Program-made: the position numbers and the translations under genes
The notes under the pieces: generated by a model
Database searches by the model: none
The model's input: the letters and a program-made list of their open reading frames with translations, nothing else
What the model was told of the DNA's origin: nothing
Shown: positions 36,640 through 46,707 of the stretch, one piece after another
Numbering within the stretch: position 1 is the stretch's first letter
Layout of the letters: each line of letters opens with the position of its first letter
Assembly (NCBI GenBank): GCA_001600695.1
Contig: BCKQ01000001.1
Coordinates: 352,279-416,278 of the forward strand
DNA from: Ascoidea asiatica JCM 7603
Taxonomy: Eukaryota; Fungi; Ascomycota
Direction of reading: 5' to 3'
DNA: 64,000 nt

Positions 36640-37100
36640 GCTTTTTAGTCTTGGTTTTAGTCTTAGCACTAGCACTGGCACTGGCACTGGCATTGTCACT
36701 CAGCAATTCAGCTCTGCACCGGTAAAACAGATCACAGTCCATGGCTGGAGACAAAACCATGCGCCGGAGAGGCTCGGTTTCCGTGTTGTGTTCTAAGCCA
36801 CGCCTTTGATTGCCAGTGCTGCGCGGTACCAGATTTACTCCGTACCAGCCAAGACAGCCAAGGAATTGGCGCCAATTGCGCACTGCGCATCAATCAAAAA
36901 TTGGAAGCCCCACAATCCAGTGGCGCAGTAAAGTGGAAGTTATTATTGCGCAGTTTGCTTATTTCCACTTTTGTGGTTTTCTATTCCGGTAATTCCGGTA
37001 ATTCCGGTAATTATTGTTTTTTTACGGGACATTGATTTATTCCCGAATAATTCTATTTTCATTTTCGGGTCGCTTTTAAGTATATTCATTCGCTAATCGG
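36640..37100. promoter_or_regulatory. GC-rich promoter island of the yapsin gene
   Basis: GC block about 0.5-0.9 kb upstream of the minus-strand ATG. Palindrome AATTGGCGCCAATT (36864-36877), several GCGC sites and TTCCGGTAA three times. Confidence 0.55.
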
Positions 37101-37273
37101 TAACTTTGGTAGCTTTAAGCTATTTATCTATTTATTTCAATTTATTTTAACAACTATTTACAATATTTACTAATCAACTTTCATTTGATACCACCAATAG
37201 CTATTATAAACAATTGACATCACTGAATAATCAGCCATTCTTTAAGTCATGCTCTTTTTCTTGATATCAATTT

Positions 37274-39148
37274 TCAATTCAAAATAATTAAAAGAATAAC
37301 AAAATACAAAAACTTATTTCTAAAATTTTTAAATAATGACTCTATTGATCCAGAAGTTCCTGAAGTTGAAGAATTTGTTCTTATATTTTTGGATAAATAA
37401 TATTTCGCTTTTAAAGATCCAGGAATTTCATTGGTAATACTTATAATATCTTTTTCATTTAAATTTTCATCTTTTTTAATATTTGCAATTGAAATTTCTT
37501 TTTGATCTAAATCATAAACCATATAAAATTTTTTTAAAAAATCATCACCTAAAATAAATTGATTTTTTTTGGAATGTTTATTATTAAATAAAAATGCATA
37601 TGTAATTGATAATTTTTTTTTCAAATTAAGTTTATTATCATCATTATCTTTACTTTCTTTAAGTAAAGTTGATTTAATTGATTTTCTATGAAGAAAATGA
37701 ATTATTGAAATATCAAAATTTTCTCCAAAAAAATTAAATCTTAAATAAATTTTTTTTAAATTTCGAATATTTTCATCATAATCTTGAATATTATTTATAA
37801 TTTCTTTTTCATTATCTGTTGAATTTAAATAAATATTACTAATTAATCCATATTGTTTATATTTTTTTAAATATGTAAAAGTTTTAATACTTTCATTTTT
37901 ATTTTGTAAAATTTTAAATATTTTCTCAGAAATTTCTTTTGGAAATATACTGACTGTACAACCAGTATCAAATAAAGTTTCATAATATTTAAATTTTAAA
38001 TTTTTTTTTAAATTTTTTTTATTTCCAATTATTATTTCAGTATTATTCATAATTATATTATTATTATATTCAATAATTTCTTCATCAAATACATTATCAT
38101 CAGTTTTAATTTGTTTTTCTTTATTAATAAATTCAATTAAATTTAAATTAAAAATTCCTGAACTTAAAGAATTTTTAATAATTGGAATAGTTTTAATTTT
38201 TCCATCAATTTTTGAATAATCAATACCACCAAAAATTATATGACTTTTTTCATTTAAAAAAATTGAATAAATTCTTTTATAAATAAATTGTTGTAAATAT
38301 AATTCTTCAATTAAATTACCATTAAATCTTTTATTATATTTTTCAAATCTATTTGGAAATCCAATACCTAAAATACCCATTTCTTCAGCATTTGAAATTG
38401 AAGCTAAACCAAATGAAAAATCTTTTAATTTTGGAGTATAATAATTATAATTATAATTATTATAATTATTATAATTATTATAATAACAATTATTACCTAA
38501 AATTAATGAATCTCTAGCCCAATAACCTTTTGCAAAAGTTTGATCCATATAATGAACATTAAAAATTAAATCAAAAAAAATATTTAAACTTGAAGAAAAA
38601 CTTTGTCTAAAACCTCTATTATAACAAGAAAAAGTTTTTTCAACAGTAATTTCATTTAAATCTTTACTTTTAATTACACTTTTTTCATTATTTTTATTAT
38701 TTTTATTATTTTTTTTATCATTTTTATCTTTATCATTTTCATTTTCAGAATTTAAAAATAAATCAAAATAATTTTCAAAACAATATGGATTTGATTTTTC
38801 TTGAATCCAAAGACTTGAAGAACCTGTATCTAAAACAACTTCAAATTTTTGAATTGGTTCACCAATACTAATATTTAAAGTATAACAATTTTTTGAAAAT
38901 TCAATATCTGAATAAATACTTTCTTTTAAAGCTCTTTTTTGAAATTGAGAATTTTTTTTTGGTTTAATTTTTTTATCTAAATCAAAATGTATATAACCTT
39001 TATTTATGAAATTATTTATATTATTATTATTATTATTGCTATTAGTATTATTAATAATTGATGATGATGAAGTTGTATTAAAATTTGAATTCAAAGTAAG
39101 TGAATACTTTGAAAGGAAAATGAATAAAACTAATAGTATATTAAACAT
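37274..39148 (-). CDS. Secreted, probably GPI-anchored aspartic protease (divergent, Lys/Asn-rich)
   Basis: Signal peptide, KR, VVLDTGSSSLWI, TLFDTGCT, FGGIDYSK, FILGDDFLKKFYMVYDL and a hydrophobic C-terminus. Confidence 0.88.
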   Translation of the reverse strand: MFNILLVLFIFLSKYSLTLNSNFNTTSSSSIINNTNSNNNNNNINNFINKGYIHFDLDKKIKPKKNSQFQKRALKESIYSDIEFSKNCYTLNISIGEPIQKFEVVLDTGSSSLWIQEKSNPYCFENYFDLFLNSENENDKDKNDKKNNKNNKNNEKSVIKSKDLNEITVEKTFSCYNRGFRQSFSSSLNIFFDLIFNVHYMDQTFAKGYWARDSLILGNNCYYNNYNNYNNYNYNYYTPKLKDFSFGLASISNAEEMGILGIGFPNRFEKYNKRFNGNLIEELYLQQFIYKRIYSIFLNEKSHIIFGGIDYSKIDGKIKTIPIIKNSLSSGIFNLNLIEFINKEKQIKTDDNVFDEEIIEYNNNIIMNNTEIIIGNKKNLKKNLKFKYYETLFDTGCTVSIFPKEISEKIFKILQNKNESIKTFTYLKKYKQYGLISNIYLNSTDNEKEIINNIQDYDENIRNLKKIYLRFNFFGENFDISIIHFLHRKSIKSTLLKESKDNDDNKLNLKKKLSITYAFLFNNKHSKKNQFILGDDFLKKFYMVYDLDQKEISIANIKKDENLNEKDIISITNEIPGSLKAKYYLSKNIRTNSSTSGTSGSIESLFKNFRNKFLYFVILLIILN

Positions 39149-40439
39149 TTTTAATAAATAATTTTTGAAAGTAGATTTGAAATAATATAAAAATTGAATA
39201 ATTTAGAATAATAAACTAGAAATAAGAGAAGAAGAGAAGAAGAGAACATTTTAAAGATTATTTATATATGAATTGTACTTTAATTATAATATAATATTTT
39301 AAATGATTTAGAGTGACAGTATTTATCTATTGTTTTTTAAATATAATTGCTTTTATATTTCTTAGATATCATTATATTATATTCTATATTCTATATTATG
39401 TATTCTATAACTCTATTTTAATTCTAATTCCAATTCTAATTCTAATTTAAATTAAAATAGAACAAATTTAAAGTTTAGGATCCAAAGACAGGGTAACCAG
39501 AAATCAGGAAAAAAGCAGACCCGCTGAACTGGTCTCAATATTCATCTACTTTCTACAGCAAATGAAGTTTTAGCAATGAAGTTATTGCTATTGTTATTGT
39601 TATTGTTAAAGAAGGAAAGATAAGCATTTATTTGTTATATAATGGAAATAATCTTTGATTCAATAAAGAGAAATAAAAAAAAAAGAAATAAATAAATAAA
39701 TATAAAGGGAATTATAATAAAAGAAAGAATAAAATAATAATAACGATAAGTATATTAAAACCATCAATACATTAATGAGTGTTTTTAAAATAAAGCAAAT
39801 AATAAAGCGAGCGTGAGTGAAGTAAAATAAAATCTAGTTCATATAAATTTAAAAAATATAATCAATTATGATTATGATTATATTTTAACAAAAATAATAT
39901 TCATAAAATACATTAAAAAGATCAATTGATAAAGTAATTGATTATATTCCTTTAATATTGAATAGGAGGAACAGTGAATTGAGCATCATAAGCAGCTCTT
40001 TTATGAATATGATGAACGGAAGCAGCTGAAGTTTCAATTGCTAATAAAGCAATAGCAGAGATGATTATTTTGACACAGTTCATTTTAATATATATATTTT
40101 TTTTATTTGAATTGAGTTTTAACTTAAGAGTTATGTTATTAAAATATTTGTAATTTTGTTAATTATTTAATCTTTAAAGGAATGAAGATAAGTTAGATAT
40201 TCAATTTATGAATTGATTTTGAATTGCAGTTACAATATTAAAGAGTGAAATATTAATTTGATGAAATATAATTTGAATAAGATAAGATAAAAAAGAAAAA
40301 AAAAAAAAAACCAAACAAATATCAATAGTCTTATATGATCATGATGATTTGATTTTATCTGACCTGATTTAACAATCTTTTTGATATTACTCATGAATAC
40401 AATTTTATGCCATTAAAATTGATCAGGAAACAATGAAAA

Positions 40440-40800
40440 TATTCAGGCAAGCGTAAATTGAGAATCGGAAAGGGAAATCTTTCTTTTCACACGTAAACAC
40501 AGCTTCAGTTGACAAATTGCCCGATTCGTGCGGTTTTGAGGAATTCTCACACGGAAATTGCGTCTCAGGAAAGTATTTCCCACACGCCAAGGCACGTCAG
40601 AGCACGTCAGAGCACGGCAAGCCAACGAGAAACACGCAGCGCGGTCAGCTGGCTGCAGATCCGGCAAAGAATTACGTAATAAGGATTAGTGTATGTGTAC
40701 TAATATCCGAACCGTGCTTAAACGGATAATTATGTACGGAAATACAATTATCCGTATTGAGAAGTCCCGCAAAAGTGGTCTCAACTCTGAAAGTACACTA
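40440..40800. promoter_or_regulatory. GC-rich island between two divergent aspartic protease genes
   Basis: GCACGTCAGA twice, TTACGTAA (40672-40679) and the inverted repeat ACGGATAATT (40722-40731) / AATTATCCGT (40746-40755). Confidence 0.55.
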
Positions 40801-41977
40801 AAACCTTAAAAGGAAATAAAATAATTAATGAAATAAGAAGAATAAATTCACAAAAAGAATTTGAGATTACTTGAATTTATAAATTATTTATTTACTCTGA
40901 ATAATCAGAGGAGAGGTCTTTGCTTTGCTTTTATTACAGGGAATGCTTATTTATTTGCATCATTGACTAGATTCTATGTATTACTCTTGCTTTGCTACTT
41001 TATACAGTACTGTAGTATAATAGAAAAGCTTGATTTGATAGGAAAAATATGAATAATGATCAAAATATCAGAATTTATTACTTCTCTAAGTAGAATTACA
41101 TTCAAATATACTTAAATTGGAAACTTGAGTATTATATGTTATATGAAAGATCCTTTTTGAAAAAAATACTTCACTTAAAATCACCTATTGTATGTCTTTT
41201 CAATGAATGACTGCTATTACTATACAAAAAAGAAACTGAGAATTTCAAAAATATATTTCTAATTACCAATTAATTTTCTAAAGTAATAAATGATTAAACT
41301 TTCTCAATTACATATTTGAATTTTCAATTATCATTAAAGTACTTCTATTAAATTTAAAGATCAAAAAAAAAAAAAAAATCAAAATTGTTTAATCTTTAAA
41401 AATTGAAATTATTCAATTTCCTAATTCGGTTAATTCAATGAACTTTTGATTATTAAAAAATTAATATAAAAAAAAAAATTAGTTAATATATTCAATTCAA
41501 TATCTAAATTTGATTAAAATTTATACAATTTAAAATAATTTCAAACAAATTAAATTATCTTAAAACATATACAATAAACAAAAGAAAAAAAAGTTACATT
41601 TTCAATTTACTTGTTCTCAATATGGAGAAATTGATCTCTAATATAAATTCAATAATTTGGTTCCAAATTTAAGTTTCTCAAATTGATAAATTGATAAATT
41701 ATAAAATTAGAAAATTATAAAATTTATTTTATATTTAAACAAAGCTCATTTCCTTATTTTATTTAGTTTACCATCACTTTCATTCTATATTTTTTAATAG
41801 TTCTTTGACATATTTTAAAAAAACTTATTGATTTATTTATTTATCACTTTCTTTAAACTTATATTTTCATAAATTATTTCAATATTTTCTAAAATATTTA
41901 ATACAACACTCTTTTATTCAAATCATTCACTCTTTTAATATCCATTTTAACAAAGCTTAAATAAAAATTTATAAAAA

Positions 41978-43720
41978 ATGAAATTATTAAATTTATTTTT
42001 CATATTATCTCTTTCATTTAATTTAACTCATTCTGCATCTTTAAACTCTTTAGAATGGAATAAAAAAAGATCAATTTCAATTAAAAATGATCTTATTAAA
42101 AAAACTCCAGATTTAAATTCAGGTCCTTCTTTTAAATATCATAAACGTAATAATAATGATTATTATGGTTATGTTGAAACTGATATTCATTTTATTGATG
42201 ATACTTTATATGCAATTTATATTGATATTGGAACTCCATCTCAAAAAATTGGTTTAACTTTAGATACTGGTTCTTCTGATATTTGGGTAATTTCAAAAAA
42301 AGCTTGTTCTTTAAGTAATAATATAACAATTTATGGTGCTGAATCACCTTATGATTGTAATTATTTTGGTACTTTTATTCCTTCTGATTCTTCAACTTAT
42401 AATAATACTAATGAAGATTTTTATTTAGATTATTTAACAGGTTATTCAAATGGTACTTGGGCAACTGAAACAATATCTATACAAGGTACATCTATTGATG
42501 ATTTATTATTTGGTTATTCAAATAATACTGATATTAATCCAGGTGTATTTGGTGTTAGTGTTCCTGCAGCTGAACAAAAAACTGAAAAATATCAAAATTT
42601 TCCTGCAAGATTAAAACAAGATAATTTAATTGGAAGAAATTTATATTCTTTATATCTTGGTGATGGTTCTGAAAATTATCCAGGAACTTTATTATTTGGT
42701 GCTGTAGATCATTCTAAATATACAGGTGATATTCATACATATTCAATATCTGCAACAAATGCTTTAACTGTTAGTAATATTGAAATTTTTTTAAATGATA
42801 ATGAAACTTTATCATCTCAATCTGGAAGAGCTTTATTTGATTCTGGTAATACTGGAATTGCATTCCCAGAAACTGTTTTTGAAAAATTATTAACTTATCT
42901 TGATATAACTGAAGCTTATGGAACAACAAGTTGTACAAATAAAGCTAATGAAACAATTTCTTTTAAATTCGAAGATGATCTTGTTATAAATATTCCAATA
43001 TCTTCATTATATTATGATAATGGTGATGGAACTTGTACATTTTTAGGAGATACTAAAGGAGTTGATACTGAATTCACACTTGGTATATCCTTTTTACAAT
43101 ATGCTTATGTTGTTTTTGATTTAACTAATAAACAAATTTCAGTTGCACAAATTTCATATACAAATGATGAAGATATTGAAGTTATTACATCCGATAGTTC
43201 ATTTTCAAATTCTACAACTTCAGGTTCCACAAGTTCAAATTCTTCCAATTATTCTTCTTTGAGTTCATCTTCTAGTTTTTCTTCAAGTTATTCAGTTTCT
43301 AACTCTCTGAAAACTTCAGAGTATCCTCAATCATCAGTCACTAGTAATGATGTATCAAGATTCACTACAACTTTATCATCACAAGCTAAATCAACTTTAT
43401 ATAATACCATTGACACTTCTTCTCTTTCAACTTCAACTTCAACTTCAACTCTTAGTGGTTCCAAAACAATTTCAACAAAAGGAAAAACATCTATAGAAAC
43501 TAATAATAAGGATGAGAATATAACCCAAGGAACAAAAACAGCAACTGAATCTGTAACTATAACTGGTGATGTAACTAAAATCGAAACTGAAACGATTATA
43601 AGTACATATACTTATACTTATACTTCAATTTATACTAAAACTCAAGATGGATTTAGTTTTCCTACTATTGAAGGGAGTTTTCAGGTTGGTGATAAGACAT
43701 TATATTGTAGCTTTTATTGA
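41978..43720 (+). CDS. Secreted aspartic protease with Ser/Thr-rich tail and no GPI signal
   Basis: Signal peptide, two KR sites, LTLDTGSSDIWV, ALFDSGNT, LLFGAVDHSKY and LG..FLQYAYVVFDL. About 170-aa S/T tail ending LYCSFY. Confidence 0.9.
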   Translation: MKLLNLFFILSLSFNLTHSASLNSLEWNKKRSISIKNDLIKKTPDLNSGPSFKYHKRNNNDYYGYVETDIHFIDDTLYAIYIDIGTPSQKIGLTLDTGSSDIWVISKKACSLSNNITIYGAESPYDCNYFGTFIPSDSSTYNNTNEDFYLDYLTGYSNGTWATETISIQGTSIDDLLFGYSNNTDINPGVFGVSVPAAEQKTEKYQNFPARLKQDNLIGRNLYSLYLGDGSENYPGTLLFGAVDHSKYTGDIHTYSISATNALTVSNIEIFLNDNETLSSQSGRALFDSGNTGIAFPETVFEKLLTYLDITEAYGTTSCTNKANETISFKFEDDLVINIPISSLYYDNGDGTCTFLGDTKGVDTEFTLGISFLQYAYVVFDLTNKQISVAQISYTNDEDIEVITSDSSFSNSTTSGSTSSNSSNYSSLSSSSSFSSSYSVSNSLKTSEYPQSSVTSNDVSRFTTTLSSQAKSTLYNTIDTSSLSTSTSTSTLSGSKTISTKGKTSIETNNKDENITQGTKTATESVTITGDVTKIETETIISTYTYTYTSIYTKTQDGFSFPTIEGSFQVGDKTLYCSFY

Positions 43721-43891
43721 ATTTATTATTAATATTTTTATAATTTTGTTTTTAATTTTGAATTCGAAATTGTGCTAATTTTCAATTTCTTAAATTTTTT
43801 CATTGATATATTATTATGATTTCAATTTATCATTTTTCAAAAATTGTATCTATAAGAACTTTCTTATTTACTTGTATAGTTACTTAACTAA

Positions 43892-45628
43892 TTAATCTTT
43901 TTTTTCTAAATCTGGAATACCTAATTTAAAAGAATCTTTTGTTGAAACCCAACGAAATAAAGCCTTATGAGTTAAAACAGGTCTTCTTCTTTTCTCAGAA
44001 CCATCAAGTTTTGAATCATCTAAAGATTTTAAATCTCTTGCTTTACTTGCTCTTTTTTTTAATAATTTATTTAAAGTATCTTGTTTTTCTTCTTCTAAAC
44101 GTTTTTCACTTTGATGTTTTCTTCTTCTTGCCATTTCTTCTCTTCTTAATTGTTGTTCTTCTTCTGTAAAAACTTTTTTTTTATGAATTTCATTACTTAA
44201 AGATAAAAATTTTGATTTTTTAATTTCATATTTATAAAAATTTGGTAAACTTGAATCTAAATTTGAATCTGAATTTAAATTTGAATTTGAATTCAAATCA
44301 GAATTTGAATCATTATTTGAATTTAAATTTAATTTTGTATTTAAATTTGCATTTGAGTTAACATTTGAGATTGAATTAGAATTTGTTGTGGAATCTAAAG
44401 AATCATCTAATAAACCATTTTCATCGAAATATTTTCTTCTTTGTCTTTCAGTCATTTTATCTAAATCTGGAGTACCAGCTTCATCTTCATATAAGGAAGC
44501 ATTAAAAGCATCATCATCTTCTTCCTCATCATCATCATAATCATGACTTTTATGAGATTTTGATTTTGATTTTGATTTTTTAGATTTTGAAGATTTTGAG
44601 GATTTGGAACTTGGTGCTTTTCTTTTATTTGATTTAGTTATTAAAGTTGAAGGAGCAGGTGAACTTCCACGAGATGAAGCATTAGAAGGTGAACGAGAGT
44701 TTTTATTACTATTAATGGCTGAAGTAGAAGTAGATGAAGGAACAATTGATTGATCGGAAGAATAACCTTCATCATCATTATCTTCAGCTGCTGAACTTTT
44801 AGTTTTTTTCTTTGTTGATTTTTTTGTCTTTTTTAAAGGATTTATTTTAAATTTTATACTAAAACCTTTATAATTATTTTTATTTACAGAAGATGAAGCA
44901 GAAGAAGGGGGTTGATTTTTACTTGATTTTTTAGATTCTTTATTATTTTTAGAAATATTTTCATTTATTTTTGTATCTTGAACTTGATCCTTAATATCTT
45001 TCTTAGCATCTTCGTCATCATCAGAATCTTCTGCATCTTCCTGAGTTTCTTCTTCTTCATTATCTTCGTCATCTTCTTCATCATGAGAATCTTCAATTTC
45101 TTGATTATCTTCTTCTAAATTTTCCTCTTCCAATTTTTCTTCAAGTACATCTTCCAATTTCTCATCTGAATTTTCTTCAATTTCATCATCTGTGACCTCT
45201 GGGGCTTCTTCTTCTGCTTCTTCTTCTGCTTCTTCGTCTTCATCTTCTAATTCTTCTTCGTCTTCTTCCTCCTGAATATCTTCTTGTTCGTCTACTTTAT
45301 CTTTCTCATCACTCACTTCATCTTCTTCCTCTAATTCATCTGATGATTCTTCGGCGTTACGTTCTTTTTTACTAGTCTTAGTGACATTTTCTTCAATCAT
45401 TGATTCCAAATCACAATAATCTATATCTTCATCTTCATCAGAAGTATTTTCTTCCTTTGAATCTTTCAAATTCTTTGAATGTTGATTATCACTTGAATTA
45501 GCATTGTTTTCAGTATCATCTTCATTCTCACTCCCACTTCCACTTCCACTCTCACTACCATCATCACTACCGTTGCTATCATCAGAAGAGGAATCGTAAG
45601 CGTACCTAAAAGATTTTTTTCTTGTCAT
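43892..45628 (-). CDS. IES2: INO80 complex subunit Ies2 (PAPA-1 domain)
   Basis: KMTERQR, LSLSNE, TEEEQQLRREEMARRRK..SEKRLEEEKQDTLNKLLKKRA and RWVS, with a long acidic N-terminus. First ATG is 45628 (track start is GTG). Confidence 0.88.
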   Translation of the reverse strand: MTRKKSFRYAYDSSSDDSNGSDDGSESGSGSGSENEDDTENNANSSDNQHSKNLKDSKEENTSDEDEDIDYCDLESMIEENVTKTSKKERNAEESSDELEEEDEVSDEKDKVDEQEDIQEEEDEEELEDEDEEAEEEAEEEAPEVTDDEIEENSDEKLEDVLEEKLEEENLEEDNQEIEDSHDEEDDEDNEEEETQEDAEDSDDDEDAKKDIKDQVQDTKINENISKNNKESKKSSKNQPPSSASSSVNKNNYKGFSIKFKINPLKKTKKSTKKKTKSSAAEDNDDEGYSSDQSIVPSSTSTSAINSNKNSRSPSNASSRGSSPAPSTLITKSNKRKAPSSKSSKSSKSKKSKSKSKSHKSHDYDDDEEEDDDAFNASLYEDEAGTPDLDKMTERQRRKYFDENGLLDDSLDSTTNSNSISNVNSNANLNTKLNLNSNNDSNSDLNSNSNLNSDSNLDSSLPNFYKYEIKKSKFLSLSNEIHKKKVFTEEEQQLRREEMARRRKHQSEKRLEEEKQDTLNKLLKKRASKARDLKSLDDSKLDGSEKRRRPVLTHKALFRWVSTKDSFKLGIPDLEKKD

Positions 45629-45839
45629 TGTTTCAATTGCCACTCTTTGATAACTTAGTTATTCATAAAATATCTTCTTCAATTGATTGATTGATAAGTG
45701 ATAAATACTCGACAATAAAATGATCTTGTCAATCCACAAACAAAAACAACAAACTTGTGATTACATAATATATTACTAATGAGACTCATTGAAGCCGTAT
45801 ATGTGGATGCTTTAATCACCTGATCAACATATTTCTTAT

Positions 45840-45990
45840 ATCCGCACTCAGTTTCTACAATTACCTCTTTGGGTGTACTTTTGTTAATGCCCATCTTTTT
45901 TTGTGGCTGGTGGCTGCATTTTCCCGATTCGGCAAAGCTGTCCGCACTTCTCCGGCTCTTTTGCTGTTTCCTGCTCGGTTTATTTCCGTT
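45840..45990. promoter_or_regulatory. GC-rich divergent promoter (IES2 / NCP1)
   Basis: CG-rich patch between head-to-head genes, with TCCGCACT twice. Confidence 0.5.
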
Positions 45991-46707
45991 TCTTTTCACT
46001 TTTTTCACTTTTTTTACTTTTTTTACTTTTTCTTTATCGTTTTTCACCTTTTTTTCATCTTTTTACTCTGTTCTTACATAATTTTTCAGTATTTTTTTCA
46101 ATAAATTTTCGATAATTTTCACCCAAACCTCCATAAATCTCCTAAAAACTATCAAAAATCTTTCAAATATTTTAAAACTCGCAAAAAAACCTCAATAAAA
46201 TTCACTATTTATTAACTTATCACCTAAACAGTCTGCTTCTTTTTTTTTTTTTTTTATAAGAGTATACGAGAAATTGACTGTAAATTATAAAATTAATACG
46301 ACAAAGAGTAAAAATAAAGGCTAACTTTAACGTTACAGTAAATAAAAATTCTCCTAAATGATCTGATATTCGAAATTTTAATAAAATTTGGTCATTATCT
46401 ACTTATCTATTGTACTTTTCATTCTTTTGGATCTTCAATTACTTTTTATTCAAATTATTCATTTATCTTTAAATTTCAAAAATATAAATAATATATTTTT
46501 TTTCCTTCATTTTTTTATAAACTTTTAATTCTCTTTCAAATTTTCATTTTGTGTAATCAAAATATATACTTTTTGACTTTATTCTCTTTATTCTCTTTAT
46601 TCTCTAATTCTCTAACTTTCTTTCTTACTTTCTAATATCCTTTTCCTTTATAAAAGAAACAAGAAATCATTTGGAAATAATTTAAAAAAGATAAAAAAAA
46701 AAAAAAA

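Noticed and set aside
43706-43720. C-terminal CSFY as a CaaX prenylation signal
   Set aside because: The protein has a signal peptide, so it is lumenal, and SFY is a poor CaaX match.
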